59,260 nucleotides of DNA, from the IMG/VR virus record IMGVR_UViG_2061766007_004337, one strand, 5' to 3'. Position 1 is the first letter of the stretch. Every line of letters begins with the position of its first letter. The notes beneath the pieces were generated by a model. It worked only from the letters and a program-made list of their open reading frames with translations, was not told the origin of the DNA and searched no databases. This document shows, one piece after another, positions 57,841 through 59,260 of this stretch. Source of the DNA: an uncultured virus (IMG/VR IMGVR_UViG_2061766007_004337) (lineage: Duplodnaviria > Heunggongvirae > Uroviricota > Caudoviricetes). A program made the position numbers and the translations under genes.

Positions 57841-59079
57841 CATACCCTTGTCCAGTGTGAAGGCTCCGTCCATCTTCTTGATCCGGTCACGGACGGTGCG
57901 TTCGGCAAGGCCCATGTAGGCGGCAATGTCGGCAACCGACGCTCCTGAGCCGTCAAAGTTGACCGCGAGGAAGGCAGTCCGGAATTCTTCTTCAGCCGCA
58001 TCCGTGGATTTGCTGTGTTTGTTCTTGATCCGGCCAGCCTCCAGCGATCCCTGTGTCGGCATCGCGGTCAGACTTTTCCCGTCGTCAAGGCGGTGAATCG
58101 GATACTCAAACCAGAAATTGACCGGGACGATGTTCTCAAATTCACGGAGGCTGCTTTCCAGCCGCCACGCGGTCGCNNNNNNNNNNTGTATGGGATATTC
58201 AAACCAGAAGTTGACGGGCCTGATGTTGGGGAACTCTCGGAGAGAGGATTCAAGCCTCCAGGCGGTCGCGTTTCCGTCACGGACATAGTTCTGAATGTCT
58301 TCCGGCATCTCAAGCTCGATCATGTCCAGCTGAGCGTCCGGGTCGCGGGCAAACACGCCGCTGCCGGAGGCGCGGTCCATCGCCCGCTTGGCTCCCTGCG
58401 CACCCTTAGAATGATGATGGCAGTAGATCACTGAGCAGGCTGTCTCGGCACAGATTTTGTCAAACTGATTACAGAAGGCAGCCATGTCAGATGCGGAGTT
58501 CTCATCGCCTGTGATCACCTTGTAAATCGGGTCGATGACGATGGCTGACAAGTCTTTTCCCTGTACACGGCGTACCAGGCGCGGCACCAGTTGATCCATA
58601 GGCACAGCACGGCCACGGAGATTCCAGACCAGAATGTTGTCTGCATGCGCGGGCTTAATGCCCAGAGCCTCATAGATCTTCAGGAACCTGTGAATGCAGG
58701 ATGCTGGGTCGATTTCGAGATTCACATACAGCACTTTTCCCTGTCTGCACTGGAAGCCCAGCCATTTCAGGCCTTCCGCGATCGCGATACACAGTTCCAT
58801 TAGCAGGAAGGATTTCCCGGCCTTGGACGATCCGGAGATCAGCATTTTGTGTCCCTGCCGGAGGATGCCTTTGATCAGTTCCTCCGGGAGTACCAGTTCA
58901 CTATCTTCGTAGGAGTCCAGTGTGCGCATGGGCGGGAGTTCATCTGTTTCACCGTCCACGTAATCCATCCAATCCAGCCACGAAGTCCGTCCGATGTTCA
59001 CGCCCAGCAGTTTCTGCACCTGTCCATTTCGGGTCACGCCGGGCATCCGGGACAGGCGGGACGGATTCCGGTTCTGGGT
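57841..59079 (-). CDS. Second AAA_25 primase-helicase, fragments
   Basis: GSSKAGKS, IVIDPIYK, HHHSKG; diverged from the copy at 54 kb. Confidence 0.7.
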
Positions 59080-59260
59080 NNNNNNNNNNCTCTTTGACGC
59101 GATCACGGACACAGCGATCCGAAAGCCCGAGATACTCCGCCATATCCTTCACCAGAACGGGTCCGCCTATATTGCAGGCGTCGAAAGCGGTATCCAGCGA
59201 AGCCTTGCGATCTTCCTGCGTCGTATACTTTTTGCTTTTTTTGAGGTTCGCCTGCGGGCT

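Larger units (their letters stand above)
15334..59260 (-). mobile_element. HK97-like siphovirus prophage (right part fragmented and collapsed)
   Basis: Complete lysis-tail-head-packaging order plus replication gene fragments. Confidence 0.93.

Noticed and set aside
1..59260. tRNA/rRNA genes or stop-codon recoding
   Set aside because: None recognised; genes are intact in the standard bacterial code

Overview
GC-rich Firmicutes-type DNA (probably Clostridia; inferred from gene families) from a gapped, probably metagenomic, scaffold. It has three blocks. (1) 1-15.2 kb, + strand: a zinc-finger/HTH gene, two tandem large serine recombinases, an XRE regulator, then a third recombinase operon whose C-terminal domain recurs in two downstream genes, a Fic protein with a degenerate active site, HU, RecD2, SRAP, nitroreductase and flavodoxin. 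(2) 15.3-50.8 kb, mostly - strand: an HK97-like siphophage prophage (lysin, holin, tail, tape measure, frameshifted chaperone, capsid, Clp protease, portal, terminase, HNH). About 8 kb between terS and terL encode a short MetK-like SAM synthetase, two DNA methyltransferases and an amidoligase/GGCT pair. Morons include a GNAT gene and HigBA. (3) 50.8-59.3 kb: N-gapped, shuffled and duplicated fragments of replication genes from at least two related phage variants. The most striking signal is a P4-less SAM-I-like riboswitch with its own promoter and terminator/antiterminator, inserted on the opposite strand between portal and terL. It controls an unknown 106-aa gene, in a phage that also appears to make and use SAM. 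All calls are by-eye pattern recognition; no searches were run.
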